A stretch of 32,000 nucleotides of DNA from Candidatus Electronema halotolerans (GTDB lineage: Bacteria; Desulfobacterota; Desulfobulbia; Desulfobulbales; Desulfobulbaceae). Made by a program: the position numbers and the translations under genes. The notes beneath the pieces are model-generated. The model was not told where the DNA came from. It ran no database searches and saw only the letters and a list, made by a program, of their open reading frames with translations. Shown here piece after piece: positions 1 through 12,170 of the stretch; position 1 is the stretch's first letter, and each line of letters begins with the position of its first letter. Where the stretch lies: positions 2,040,001-2,072,000 of the forward strand of contig OW818675.1 in assembly GCA_942493095.1 (NCBI GenBank), written 5' to 3'.

Positions 1-873
1 GACAAAGGTGGAAAAGGGCATGAGATGCTCCTGAATGGCGGTGTTGAATAATCCATTGAACAAGCCATTCAGCAATGTCACCACGCCGCCGCTCAACCAG
101 AAAACTGCGATAAAGACTCCCACTGTGCAGAAAAAGAGCAGGAGGAAGCGCAGATAATACGCTGCTGGGTAGTCAGTGATTCGCTTGTTCACTTCCGGTT
201 CCGGGATCAGCAGCGTGGTGATCACCCCTGCCAGCATGACAGCGGCCATGCACAGATAACTGCCCCGCCAGGCCGCATAATGATACGCCTCGCTGCTGGT
301 GCCGAACCATGAGGCCAAATAGAGAGCGCCCGCTCCGGCGACCAGCATTCCCACCCGGTAGCCGGCAATGTAGGCTGAAGAGAGCAGGGCTTGCAGCTCC
401 TGGGCCGCGCATTCAATCCGATAGGCATCAATAACAATATCCTGGGTGGCTGCGGAGAAGCCGAGCAGCACGGCGGCCAAGGCCATGCAGGTCAGGCTTT
501 GCTCTCCAGCCGTCGGGTCAGTCAGAGCCATCAGGCAGATGGCGGCAATCACCGCGCTCTGGGCGACAAGGAGCCAGCTCCGCCGCCTGCCCAGCTTGGC
601 AGTCAGAAACGGCAGGGGCAGGGTGTCAATCACCGGTGCCCAGACAAATTTGAAGGAATAGCCCAAGGCGGCCCAGCTAAAAAATGTGACCGTGGAGCGG
701 GCCACGCCTGCCTCGCGCAGCCAGAGTGAGAGCGTGGAAAAAATCAGCAGCAGGGGCAGCCCAGCGGAGAAGCCGAAAAAAAGCATGGTCAGCACTCTGG
801 GGTGCAGCCATGCCTGCATAGTTTCGCTCCAGTTTTTTTCTCTTGCCTGCTGCGCTTTCGTATGGTTGTTCAT
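1..873 (-). CDS. AmpG-like MFS transporter (partial, runs off the left edge)
   Basis: Manual minus-strand translation from CAT at 871-873 is open to position 1: MNNHTKAQQAREKNWSETMQAWLHPRVLTMLFFGFSAGLPLLLIFSTLSLWLREAGVARSTVTFFSWAALGYSFKFVWAPVIDTLPLPFL...RRRSWLL..., typical of AmpG/MFS. The ORF track missed it because it is incomplete. Confidence 0.85.
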   Translation of the reverse strand, partial: MNNHTKAQQAREKNWSETMQAWLHPRVLTMLFFGFSAGLPLLLIFSTLSLWLREAGVARSTVTFFSWAALGYSFKFVWAPVIDTLPLPFLTAKLGRRRSWLLVAQSAVIAAICLMALTDPTAGEQSLTCMALAAVLLGFSAATQDIVIDAYRIECAAQELQALLSSAYIAGYRVGMLVAGAGALYLASWFGTSSEAYHYAAWRGSYLCMAAVMLAGVITTLLIPEPEVNKRITDYPAAYYLRFLLLFFCTVGVFIAVFWLSGGVVTLLNGLFNGLFNTAIQEHLMPFSTFV

Positions 874-941
874 TGTTGATGACTGTGTTATATGTGGGGG
901 ACAACTGTTCGTATGATTTTTTTATCTTCTTTGGCCCCTGA

Positions 942-2417
942 ATGATGAAGAATATCCGTATCTATAACACGCTGACCAAAAAAAAGGAACTGCTGAAACC
1001 GCTGGAGGAGAATCATGTCCGCCTTTATGTCTGCGGCATCACCTCCTACGACTGGTGCCATATTGGCCATGCCCGCTCGGCCTTGGTCTTTGATATGGCG
1101 GTGCGCTATCTGCGCTGGCGCGGCTATGAAGTGACTTTTGCCCGCAACTTCACTGACATTGACGACAAGATCATCGTCCGGGCCAAAGAGCAGGGCCTTG
1201 AGCCGCAGGCTTTGGCCGAACGCTTTATTGACGAATTTTACACCGACATGGACGCGCTCGGCGTGCTGCGGGCCGACATTGAACCCAAGGCCACTGAGCA
1301 TATTCCAGAAATGATCGAGCTGGTGCAGCAGCTTGTTGACCAAGGCTTGGCGTATCCAGCAGGCGGCGATGTCTATTACCGGGTCCGGGCCTTTGCTGAC
1401 TATGGCTGTCTTTCCGGGCGCAAGTTCGAGGACATGCAGGCTGGAGCGCGGGTTGATGTCAACGAGCAGAAAGAAGACCCGATGGACTTTGTCCTCTGGA
1501 AGGGTGCCAAGCCGGGTGAGCCGAAATGGCCCAGTCCTTGGGGCGAAGGCAGGCCGGGCTGGCATATTGAATGCTCGGCCATGAGCCGCAAATATCTGGG
1601 CGCGACCTTTGACATTCACGGCGGCGGGCAGGATTTGATCTTCCCGCATCACGAGAATGAAATTGCCCAGTCCGTGGGCGCAAACGGCCAGCCCTTTGCT
1701 GCGCTCTGGATGCACCACGGTTTTGTCACGGTCAAGGAAGAGAAGATGTCCAAATCGCTGGGCAACTTCCTCACCATCCGCGAGGTGCTCAAGCACTGGC
1801 CTGCTGAGGTGCTGCGCCTTTTCCTCTTCTCCACCCAGTACCGCAATCCACTCGATTACAACGACACTGCCCTGCATGATGCGGCAACCGGACTGGAGCG
1901 GATGTATGCCTGCTTGGCGAAAATTGCCGAATTGCCTGAGTCCTCCAGCGGCACGGCTCCACCTTTGCTGAATCCAAAAGACAAGAAGGCGATCAGCACC
2001 TTGCGTGAGCGGTTTGCGGCAGCAATGGATAATGATTTCAACACTGCTCAGGCTATTGGCCATCTCTTTGATGCCGTCAAAGTGCTGAACAAGGCGGCAA
2101 GGCTGCTGCTCGATCAGCCGGGCAGTGCTGAGGACATGGCCCTTGTCCGCCAAGGCGCGGCTGACCTGCGCGAACTGGCAGGCATTCTCGGCCTACTGGG
2201 GCAGGAGCCAGCAGAATATCTGCGCCAAAAAAAGGAGCAGATGCTGGCTCTGACCGACCTGAACGAGGAGCGGATCAATGCCCTGATTGCCCGGCGCAAC
2301 GAGGCCAGAAGCGGCAAGAACTGGGCGGCCAGCGATGCGGTGCGGGACGAGCTGCTGGCTCATAAGATTGAACTACAGGACGGCCCGGACGGCACAACGT
2401 GGAGCGTGAAAGCATGA
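942..2417 (+). CDS. cysS: Cysteinyl-tRNA synthetase
   Basis: 491 aa with RIYNTLTKKKE, YVCGITSYDWCHIGHARSALVFD, GWHIECSAMSRKYLG..DIHGGGQDLIFPHHENEIAQS and KMSKSLGNF motifs. Confidence 0.98.
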   Translation: MMKNIRIYNTLTKKKELLKPLEENHVRLYVCGITSYDWCHIGHARSALVFDMAVRYLRWRGYEVTFARNFTDIDDKIIVRAKEQGLEPQALAERFIDEFYTDMDALGVLRADIEPKATEHIPEMIELVQQLVDQGLAYPAGGDVYYRVRAFADYGCLSGRKFEDMQAGARVDVNEQKEDPMDFVLWKGAKPGEPKWPSPWGEGRPGWHIECSAMSRKYLGATFDIHGGGQDLIFPHHENEIAQSVGANGQPFAALWMHHGFVTVKEEKMSKSLGNFLTIREVLKHWPAEVLRLFLFSTQYRNPLDYNDTALHDAATGLERMYACLAKIAELPESSSGTAPPLLNPKDKKAISTLRERFAAAMDNDFNTAQAIGHLFDAVKVLNKAARLLLDQPGSAEDMALVRQGAADLRELAGILGLLGQEPAEYLRQKKEQMLALTDLNEERINALIARRNEARSGKNWAASDAVRDELLAHKIELQDGPDGTTWSVKA

Positions 2418-3226
2418 GCAGACTGCCAGCGGTTGCGGGCCGCTTTTATGAAGCTGATCCGATCCAGCTCCGCAAAACCGTGCTGGAGCTGCTGCCCGCA
2501 GGACGAAAGAAAGCCAAGGCCAAGACAGCGGCCAAGCTCCTGATTGTTCCTCATGCAGGCTATGTCTATTCAGGCTGGGTGGCCGGAAAAGTCTTTGCCA
2601 GCGCGAAAATCCCGGAAACAGTTGTTTTGCTCGGCCCCAATCATCACGGCCTTGGCGCGCCGCTGGCAGTCAGCACAGAGGATTGGGAAACCCCGCTCGG
2701 ACAGGTGCCGCTGGCGACGGAACTTGCCGCCGCTCTTGCCAGCAATTCCATCCTCTTCACTGCGGATGACCTTGCTCATCAGCATGAGCATTCGCTTGAG
2801 GTGCAGCTCCCATTTTTGCAAACACTCCAGCCCAAGCTGCGCATTGTCCCAATCTGCGTCTCCCGGCTGCCCCTGCCGCAGTGTCGGCTGGCAGGAGCAG
2901 AGCTGGCGAGGGCACTGAAAAATTTTGCTCAACCAGTGCTGCTGGTCGCCAGCACCGACATGAGCCACTATGAACCCCGGCATCAGGCCTCGGAAAAGGA
3001 TCAGCTCGCTTTGGGCGACATCCTCAGTCTTGATCCTGCCTCTCTGCACCGCACCGTGCTGATCAAGCGGATCAGCATGTGCGGAGTCATTCCCGTGATC
3101 ATTGCCCTGTATGCGGCCTTGGAGCTGGGCGCGGAACAGGCTGATCTGCTCTGCTGCACAGACTCTGGCTATGTCAGCGGTGATGCCGAACGGGTGGTGA
3201 GTTATGCCGGACTGACAGTGCGTTGA
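2414..3226 (+). CDS. AmmeMemoRadiSam system protein B / MEMO1 family protein
   Basis: VAGRFYEADP, APHAGYVYSGWVAGKVFA, LLGPNHHGLG, DMSHYEP motifs. The ATG at 2414 overlaps the cysS stop; the ORF track extends to a GTG at 2399. Confidence 0.88.
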   Translation: MSRLPAVAGRFYEADPIQLRKTVLELLPAGRKKAKAKTAAKLLIVPHAGYVYSGWVAGKVFASAKIPETVVLLGPNHHGLGAPLAVSTEDWETPLGQVPLATELAAALASNSILFTADDLAHQHEHSLEVQLPFLQTLQPKLRIVPICVSRLPLPQCRLAGAELARALKNFAQPVLLVASTDMSHYEPRHQASEKDQLALGDILSLDPASLHRTVLIKRISMCGVIPVIIALYAALELGAEQADLLCCTDSGYVSGDAERVVSYAGLTVR

Positions 3227-3379
3227 GCCGCGCCGCAGATTTTTTGCCTGCTTGTAGAATCTCCTTGCTTTGGCCGGGCTGCATCCCTTACAATTTTTTT
3301 ACGAAGTGCATTCCGCACCGGGCGGAAGCCTCTTGACAACGACTTTGAGTAGTCCCCAAGTAAAAAAGGAGCCAAGCCG

Positions 3380-3916
3380 ATGCAGAAAGTGAAAATATTG
3401 TCAGCTACAGCAGCAATGCTTTTCGTACTTACCGCAGGCAGTATTGCTTTTGCCTCAGCACCTTCTGCTTTGAGCAAAGAAATGCCTGAAGCCGCGAAAA
3501 AAGAGTTAGCTGCTGCTACAGAGGCAAAAGCAGCAGCGGCAGAAAAGCCTGCCGAGAAGTCCCTGTATGAGAAGCTCGGCGACAAGGCTATTGCTGATGC
3601 TGTAGAGAAGTTTTATGAGAAAGTGCTGGCTGATGACCGGGTCAACGGCTTTTTCAAAGGCGTTGACATGGACCGCCAGCGCAGAATGCAGACAGCCTTT
3701 CTCACCTATGCTTTTGGCGGCCCCAATGCATACCAAGGCCGGGACCTGCGGGCCGTTCACGCCCATCTTGTTGCCAGAGGGCTGAACGACACCCATTTTG
3801 ACATCATTGTCGAGCATCTGGGCAACACTCTGAAAGAGATAGGCGTTGGGGATGAAGACATCGCTCAGGCTGCCAAGGTTGCCAACAGTGTCCGCAATGA
3901 TGTGCTGAACAAGTAA
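3380..3916 (+). CDS. Truncated hemoglobin (group 1-like) with N-terminal signal peptide
   Basis: C-terminal LYEKLGDKAIADAVEKFYEKVLADDRVNGFFKGVDMDRQRRMQTAFLTYAFGG...LRAVHAHLVARGLNDTHFD is truncated-globin-like. N-terminal hydrophobic leader MQKVKILSATAAMLFVLTAGSIAFA is followed by a 45-residue Ala/Lys/Glu-rich linker. Confidence 0.88.
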   Translation: MQKVKILSATAAMLFVLTAGSIAFASAPSALSKEMPEAAKKELAAATEAKAAAAEKPAEKSLYEKLGDKAIADAVEKFYEKVLADDRVNGFFKGVDMDRQRRMQTAFLTYAFGGPNAYQGRDLRAVHAHLVARGLNDTHFDIIVEHLGNTLKEIGVGDEDIAQAAKVANSVRNDVLNK

Positions 3917-3919
3917 GCG

Positions 3920-5353
3920 TCAGGTTTTCCGCGCTGTGTCAGGCAGGCTTTCCGCAGGGAGGGCCTGCCTTTTTTTCTGCCAGATTTTGGCCGCCCGCAG
4001 CAGCCCTGCCGCCCATTCCGGCGCGCCTGGGGCAAGAATATGCGTGTAAAGGGCAAGGACATTGTTCTTTTGCAAACCATCACGTCTGCCCTGAAAACCG
4101 GTCCCGCGCTCCATGCGCAGAGCCAAGTCTTCCGCTCCGCCGTCCCAGCTTTCAACCACAGAATAGCGGAATTCATGCCCTTTCACCTGCGTTCCAAGCG
4201 GATAAAAGGGATTTTCCCGCTCAACCGTGAACATGGTGTAGCCATGCCCCTGCGGCTTGTGCGACATGGAAAATTTGATCGGAAAAATTCCGGTCAGCGG
4301 ATATTTTACGCCATCAACAACTATGGACTGGCCGAGAAAAATCAGGCCGCCGCATTCAGCGTAAATTGGCAGGCCCTGCTCTGCGGCTTGCCGGACAGAC
4401 TCGCGGAAAGAGGCATTTGCCGCCAAGTGCTGCGCCTGCGTTTCAGGAAAGCCGCCGCCAATGTAGAGCGCATCCAAACCCTCTGGCAGCCGTTCTGCCG
4501 TCAGGGCGTTGATCAGCACCAGTTCCGCCCCGCCCTCGCGCATGGCATCAAGGTTTTCCTGATAATAGAACTGAAAGGCGGCATCGCGGAGCACGGCAAT
4601 GCGCACCTCTGCCGGACTGCTGGGTGATGACGCTGGCAGCGCAAAAGAGCGCGGCTCTGCCAGCCGGGTGATCAGTTCCAGATCAAAATGTTCCTCAGCC
4701 AGCCCGGCTAAATGACTCACTGCTGCGCCGGCATTTGCGTCGCCATATTCCTGATGCGGGATCACGCCAAGATGGCGCATGGGGAAAATATCCTCTGTCA
4801 AACGGGGAATAATTCCAGCCACAGGAATGCCGGTGTCCTGCTCCACCGCCTGCCGGACGATTTGCTCGTGGCGGGGCGAGGCAATCTGATTGAGCAGCAC
4901 CCCGACGATGCGGAGTCGCTTGTCCAGCTCACGGCAGCCGAGCACCATTGCCGCCACAGTCCGGGTGGTCTTGCTGCAATTGACCACTAAGAGCACAGGC
5001 AAATCAAGGAGCAGGGCCAGCTCGGCAGTTGAGAATTCGCCCGCTGCCGTGACCCCGTCATACAGGCCCCGGTTGCCCTCAATCAGGGCAAAGTCCGTTC
5101 CTGCGGCGTGCTGCTGAAACGAGGTGCGGACAGCTGCCGCGCTCATCAAAAAGGGGTCAAGATTCCAGCAGGGCTGCCCGGCAGCGGCAGTCAGCCAGCC
5201 TGCGTCAATGTAATCCGGCCCTTTCTTGAATGGCACAATCCTCTGGCCGCGCTGCCGCAGAGCCGCTGCCAGCGCGACTGAAGCCACTGATTTGCCGGAG
5301 CCGCCGCTCAATCCGGCCATGACAAGGCAGCGGGCAGCAGAACTGTCAGGCAT
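3920..5353 (-). CDS. cbiA: Cobyrinate a,c-diamide synthase (CobB/CbiA family)
   Basis: ATP-binding MAGLSGGSGKSVASVALAAAL, KKGPDYIDAGWLTAAAG, EGNRGLYDG, and GATase motifs YIGGGFPETQA and IYAECGGLIFLG. Confidence 0.95.
   Translation of the reverse strand: MPDSSAARCLVMAGLSGGSGKSVASVALAAALRQRGQRIVPFKKGPDYIDAGWLTAAAGQPCWNLDPFLMSAAAVRTSFQQHAAGTDFALIEGNRGLYDGVTAAGEFSTAELALLLDLPVLLVVNCSKTTRTVAAMVLGCRELDKRLRIVGVLLNQIASPRHEQIVRQAVEQDTGIPVAGIIPRLTEDIFPMRHLGVIPHQEYGDANAGAAVSHLAGLAEEHFDLELITRLAEPRSFALPASSPSSPAEVRIAVLRDAAFQFYYQENLDAMREGGAELVLINALTAERLPEGLDALYIGGGFPETQAQHLAANASFRESVRQAAEQGLPIYAECGGLIFLGQSIVVDGVKYPLTGIFPIKFSMSHKPQGHGYTMFTVERENPFYPLGTQVKGHEFRYSVVESWDGGAEDLALRMERGTGFQGRRDGLQKNNVLALYTHILAPGAPEWAAGLLRAAKIWQKKRQALPAESLPDTARKT
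3939..3978 (+). terminator. Rho-independent terminator of the globin gene
   Basis: aggcaggc...gcctgcct hairpin followed by TTTTTTT, just downstream of the 3916 stop. It overlaps the 3' end of the convergent cobyrinate synthase ORF. Confidence 0.8.
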
Positions 5354-5632
5354 CGCCGCCCCCTGCCTGCTGACTGAGGCATGAACTGAACATATTGTTT
5401 TCCTTCAGATATTCAATCACTTCTGACGACCGCATCATCCAGCAGGAGTTGAAGATAAAACAGTCATTTTCGCAAGTTCTGCACACTGGAGCTGGAAAAG
5501 CAGAAAAGGTACTGTTTTCGGGTTGACAATAACAGCCAGCCGATGAATAGTGGTCACGGCTGCCGCCGCCCAAGTATGAAATTAGCAGAGACAAACTGCA
5601 AGTCTTTTTTCACTCCTTCACGAGGAACAATC

Positions 5633-7441
5633 ATGGCAATTCCCCTTCGCAGCAGCGAGACCACTCAAGGCAGAAGAATGGCCGGAGCACGCGCCCTGTG
5701 GCGGGCCAACGGCATGACCGAAGAACAGATCGGCAAACCCGTTATCGCGGTGGTCAACTCCTTCACCCAGTTTGTGCCCGGCCATGTGCATCTGCACGAG
5801 ATCGGCCAGCAGGTGAAAAAGCAGATTGAGGCCCGAGGCTGCTTTGCCGCCGAGTTCAACACCATCGCCATTGACGACGGCATCGCTATGGGCCACGACG
5901 GTATGCTCTACTCCCTGCCTTCCCGCGAACTGATCGCCGATTCGGTGGAATATATGTGCAATGCCCACAAGGTCGATGCCATGATCTGCATCAGCAACTG
6001 CGATAAAATAACGCCGGGTATGCTGATGGCCGCCATGCGCCTGAACATCCCGGCCATCTTTGTTTCCGGCGGACCGATGGAAGCGGGCCGAATCAAGGGA
6101 CAGGAGCGCGGTTACGATTTGGTGGACGCAATGGTCATGGCGGGCGACCAAGCTGTCTCGGACGAGGAAATCGCCGCTATCGAACAGGCAGCCTGCCCCA
6201 CATGCGGTTCCTGTTCCGGCATGTTCACGGCCAACTCCATGAACTGCCTCAACGAGGCCCTGGGGATGGCCCTGCCCGGCAACGGCACGGTCGTGGCTAC
6301 ACATAAAAATCGTTTAAGTCTGTTTGAACAGGCAGCCGCCCGCATCGTGACTATATGCGAGGCATGGTACGACAAGGAGGACGCTTCCGTTCTGCCCCGC
6401 TCCATTGCCACCAAGGCCGCCTTTAATAATGCAATGGCCCTGGATATCGCTATGGGCGGGTCCACCAACACAGTGCTCCATATCCTGGCGGTGGCTCATG
6501 AGGCCGGGGTGGACTTCACCATGCAGGACATCGACGCTCTCTCCCGCAAGGTGCCGAATCTCTGCAAGGTGGCTCCTTCTGCCTCTTATCATGTGGAGGA
6601 TGTCAACCGGGCAGGAGGTATCCTGAGTATTCTCGGAGAATTGGATCGGGCCGGACTCCTGGACACGGCAGTGAGCAGGGCCGACGGGCTGACCCTGGCC
6701 CAGGCTCTGGAGCAGTTTGATATTGCAAGAGACAGTGCAAACGAAGCAGCCCGCAAGCTCTACGCCAGTGCTCCGGGCAATAAGGGACGCAATCTGGTCA
6801 TGGGTTCCCAGGACACCATGTACGAGACCCTGGATACAGACCGGGAAAAGGGCTGCATCCGCAATGCTGACCATGCCTATTCCAAGGACGGCGGGCTGGC
6901 CGTGCTGTACGGCAATATCGCGGAAAACGGCTGTATTGTGAAAACCGCAGGAGTTGACCCGTCCATCCTCCATTTCCAAGGCAAGGCCAAAGTCTATCAT
7001 TCGCAGGAAGCCTCCTGCGAAGGCATTCTGGCCGGTGAAATCACAGCAGGCGATGTGGTTTTTATCCTCTACGAAGGCCCCAAGGGCGGGCCGGGTATGC
7101 AGGAAATGCTCTATCCCACCTCCTACCTGAAATCCATCCACTTAGGCGCGGAATGCGCCCTGGTCTTTGCCGCATCGAGCATGGATGGTGCTGCGCAATG
7201 TCTTGGGACTGCGCGGCTTTTTATCTTTCCGCTTGATCAAGTCATCAACAACCAGCTTGAGCAGCTCTTCAGTGGATATTTTTTTCTGCGCCGGAGCTGC
7301 CGCACTGACGACTGGTGTCTTGAAACACGGCATCTCTTCTATCGCTGCGGATCGTGTCACAAAAATTTTCCGGCGGCGCAAATGCTGAATGAGCGGATCA
7401 AAGCCTGTATCTTTGGAGATAATGTGAAAAGCTCCTTTTGA
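5633..7441 (+). pseudogene. ilvD: Dihydroxy-acid dehydratase, C-terminally truncated (IlvD similarity ends near 7166; the ORF continues in unrelated sequence)
   Basis: [28 protein letters not shown]...[19 protein letters not shown]...[30 protein letters not shown] matches IlvD, then changes to [14 protein letters not shown]..., which is antisense to the NYN gene. The conserved GRFSGGTSG region and the rest of the C-terminus are absent. Confidence 0.85.
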
Positions 7442-7687
7442 ATCAGCCGCTGCCAGCGCGCCGAGGTAATAGGCAATATGGAAATCAAGGGCATTGCTGC
7501 CCGGAGTTTCAAGAATGATGTATTCCCCTCGGCTGCCCAGCCGCTGCATGGCTACGGCCAATTCAACCGGCAGCTTGGTATTATGCGGGCCAAGGAAAAT
7601 CCGCACGTGAAACTGCTCACCATGAAGCAGAGCCAGTGACTGCACCTGCACGTTCTCGTAATCTATGAGAATATAATTGTTTTTCAC
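7142..7687 (-). CDS. PIN/NYN-like domain protein, probably C-terminally truncated
   Basis: [14 protein letters not shown]...[19 protein letters not shown]...[20 protein letters not shown] is typical of the family. After [12 protein letters not shown] the sequence becomes [11 protein letters not shown], which is antisense to ilvD. Confidence 0.75.
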   Translation of the reverse strand: MKNNYILIDYENVQVQSLALLHGEQFHVRIFLGPHNTKLPVELAVAMQRLGSRGEYIILETPGSNALDFHIAYYLGALAAADSKGAFHIISKDTGFDPLIQHLRRRKIFVTRSAAIEEMPCFKTPVVSAAAPAQKKISTEELLKLVVDDLIKRKDKKPRSPKTLRSTIHARCGKDQGAFRA

Positions 7688-7838
7688 CGGTTGCTGGCTT
7701 GCTCGTCATGTTTTCCGAAACAGCGGCCACGCTCTTTCTCTTTTGCCCGTTCCCTTCTCGCCCGTTTTCGAGTACACTAATGCAAAAAGCATATTGGCCG
7801 CGCTGCTGCGGCCCGCAATTCATACAAGGAGAAAATCA

Positions 7839-8186
7839 ATGCTTGAAATCACTGATCTGGCTGTCAAGAACGTCAAAGACTATCTGAGCCAGAACAACAT
7901 CGCTGATTCCGCCATCCGCATATCTTTGATGTCCGGCGGCTGCTCCGGCCCCAGCCTGAGCCTGTCCTTGGACGAGGCCAAAGACAATGACATGACCGTG
8001 GAGAAGGACGGAGTCAGCTTCATCATGGAAAAGAGCCTGTCCGAGGTCTGCGGGGCAGTGAAGGTGGATTTCATGGAGTCAAGCGGCGGCTGCGGCTGCT
8101 CCGGCGGCGGCTTCACCATTACCAGCGAAAAGCCCCTGCCTGGCGCACGCAGCGGCGGCTGCGGCTCCTGCAGTTCCTGCGGCTGA
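7839..8186 (+). CDS. HesB/IscA-like iron-sulfur cluster accessory protein with Cys/Gly-rich C-terminus
   Basis: MLEITDLAVKNVKDYLSQNN...IRISLMSGGCSGPSLSLSLDE...SGGCGCSGGGFTI...SGGCGSCSSCG; an RBS-like aggagaa lies upstream. Confidence 0.82.
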   Translation: MLEITDLAVKNVKDYLSQNNIADSAIRISLMSGGCSGPSLSLSLDEAKDNDMTVEKDGVSFIMEKSLSEVCGAVKVDFMESSGGCGCSGGGFTITSEKPLPGARSGGCGSCSSCG

Positions 8187-8218
8187 TTTCAGAAGCCCGC
8201 TTCCCCAACAGCAGAACC

Positions 8219-8254
8219 GCCCGGCTTCCTGCATCACAGCAGGCCGGGCTTTTT
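8219..8254 (+). terminator. Rho-independent terminator after the hesB-like gene
   Basis: gcccggcttcctgc...gcaggccgggc followed by TTTTT. Confidence 0.7.
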
Positions 8255-8257
8255 GGT

Positions 8258-10452
<2,195 letters not shown>

Positions 10453-10479
10453 GTTTTTTTCCTTTGCAAATCAAGATGA

Positions 10480-11316
10480 TTACGAGTTTTGTGCAGCCAG
10501 CTCCGCATCGCTCAAGCCAAGCACGGCAATGCCTGCCTTGTCCGCAGCGGCAATCATGGCTTCACGATCAAAAAGAAGCGACTGCCCTGCCTCGACCGCC
10601 AGCACTGAGCCTTTGACCGAAGCCAAGGTTGCAATGGTTTGTACGCCCGTGGCAGGCAGATCAAAGCGAAAATCTTGGCCCGGCTTTTTCAGCTTGACGA
10701 CCACTGCGCCAGAGCCTGCCAGCTCGCCGCCGCGCCGGATGGCCGCGTCCGTGCCTTCAATGGCCTCAACCGCCAGCACTGCCCCGCCGCGCACCACCAC
10801 GCACTGACCAATGTCCAACCGGCCTATTTCCCGCGCTATGTGCCAGCCAAAACGGATGTCGGCCCACTGCTCCGCGTTCGGCTTTTTCTTGCCAAGAATG
10901 CCTTTGGGAAAGAGGAGATGCTCAAGATAGCAGGTCGAGGCCAGCACCTTGATGCCTTCCTGCTCCAGGGCATTAGCCACAGCCCGGAGAATGCCGTCAT
11001 CTAATTTGCTGTCGATTTTGTTCCACAGGCTCAGGCCCTTGATATCGGGCAGGATGTCGCGGAAAATACGGGTCTTGGTGATGGTGCCGCAGAAAACGGT
11101 CTCAGTCACGCCGTGCGCATGGAAAAACTTGATGATCCGGCCAAGCTGACCAAGTTTCACCCAGCAGGAGGCAGAGACTTGCTCGGCCAGTTCCGGGGCA
11201 GTCTCGTTCAGATGGCAGACAGCCACAACCGGACGGTTCCGCTGCTGGGCCGCCTCAGCAAAAAGCAGCGGAAACTGGCCCCCGCCTGCAATCAGGCCGA
11301 TGGGAGGAAAAGTCAT
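10480..11316 (-). CDS. lpxI: UDP-2,3-diacylglucosamine diphosphatase LpxI (DUF1009 family)
   Basis: IGLIAGGGQFPLLFAEAAQQR, FCGTITKTRIFRDI, DIGQCVVVRGGAVLAVEAIEGTDAAIRRGGEL. It sits next to lpxA and fabZ. Confidence 0.93.
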   Translation of the reverse strand: MTFPPIGLIAGGGQFPLLFAEAAQQRNRPVVAVCHLNETAPELAEQVSASCWVKLGQLGRIIKFFHAHGVTETVFCGTITKTRIFRDILPDIKGLSLWNKIDSKLDDGILRAVANALEQEGIKVLASTCYLEHLLFPKGILGKKKPNAEQWADIRFGWHIAREIGRLDIGQCVVVRGGAVLAVEAIEGTDAAIRRGGELAGSGAVVVKLKKPGQDFRFDLPATGVQTIATLASVKGSVLAVEAGQSLLFDREAMIAAADKAGIAVLGLSDAELAAQNS

Positions 11317-11349
11317 GCAGAATATTTTTTTTCAGGACACCTTCACCCT

Positions 11350-12150
11350 TCACCCTTCCTCTATCCTCTTCACCACGCCCCGCTTGCTGGTTCTAAAAAA
11401 CTCAATTAAAGAAATAACTTCCGGCGAATCAGCGAATTCTCGTTCCGCTAAAGCCAGTGAATCTTGCAAAACCATGTCCGGGGCGGCCCGGAAGATGATT
11501 TTAAAGGCTCGCTCAATGGCATCAACCGCTTCCCGACTCACACCATTGCGGCGCAGGCCGATCTTGTTCACACCAGTGATTCGCATTTGATTGCGGGTGC
11601 CGGTAAGGATGACATAAGGCGGCACATCCATCGAAATGCCGGACATGCCGCCAATATAGGTGTAGGCTCCGATACGGCAGAACTGATGCACCGCCACCAG
11701 CCCGCCCAAATTGGCATAGCTGCCCACCTCGACATGTCCGGCCAAGGTGGCAACATTGGACATGATCACATGGTCGTGGAGAATGCAGTCATGGGCAACG
11801 TGGCAATAAGACATGAGCAGGCAGCTGTTGCCGATCACGGTTCGGCTTCGACCTGAGACCGTGCCGCGATGAATGGAGACGTATTCGCGGATTAGGTTGT
11901 CATCGCCGATCAGCAGCTCGGTCGGCTCGCCTTTGTAGTGCATGTCCTGCGGCGGGCTGCCGACCGAGGAAAACGAGCCGATGCGGTTGCGCTGGCCAAT
12001 CACGGTCGGGCCGGATATCACCGCATGGGCATCAATCACAGTATCCGCGCCGATGACTACATCCGGGCCAATGACCGCATACGCTCCAATGGAGGCTGTT
12101 TCATGAATTTCCGCTTTGGGGTCAATGACGGCGGCAGGGTGTATGAGCAT
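11350..12150 (-). CDS. lpxA: Acyl-ACP--UDP-N-acetylglucosamine O-acyltransferase
   Basis: Hexapeptide repeats, IHPAAVIDPKAEIHETASIGAYAVIGPDV, RIGSFSSVGSPPQDMHYKGEPTELLIGDDNLIREYVSIHRGT. Confidence 0.97.
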   Translation of the reverse strand: MLIHPAAVIDPKAEIHETASIGAYAVIGPDVVIGADTVIDAHAVISGPTVIGQRNRIGSFSSVGSPPQDMHYKGEPTELLIGDDNLIREYVSIHRGTVSGRSRTVIGNSCLLMSYCHVAHDCILHDHVIMSNVATLAGHVEVGSYANLGGLVAVHQFCRIGAYTYIGGMSGISMDVPPYVILTGTRNQMRITGVNKIGLRRNGVSREAVDAIERAFKIIFRAAPDMVLQDSLALAEREFADSPEVISLIEFFRTSKRGVVKRIEEG

Positions 12151-12170
12151 TATTCCATCCTTGCGGGCAG

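Noticed and set aside
888-2153. 421-aa minus-strand ORF antisense to cysS
   Set aside because: The plus strand encodes unambiguous CysS. The antisense ORF has no recognisable family and is expected from codon bias.
5618-7141. Minus-strand ORFs 5618-6304 and 6314-7141 antisense to ilvD
   Set aside because: They are complements of conserved IlvD sequence and were not counted as genes.
8050-8190. Possible selenocysteine read-through in the hesB-like gene
   Set aside because: The terminal TGA follows a complete Cys-rich tail, and what comes after reads as intergenic sequence with a terminator. I see no sign of a SECIS-like need.
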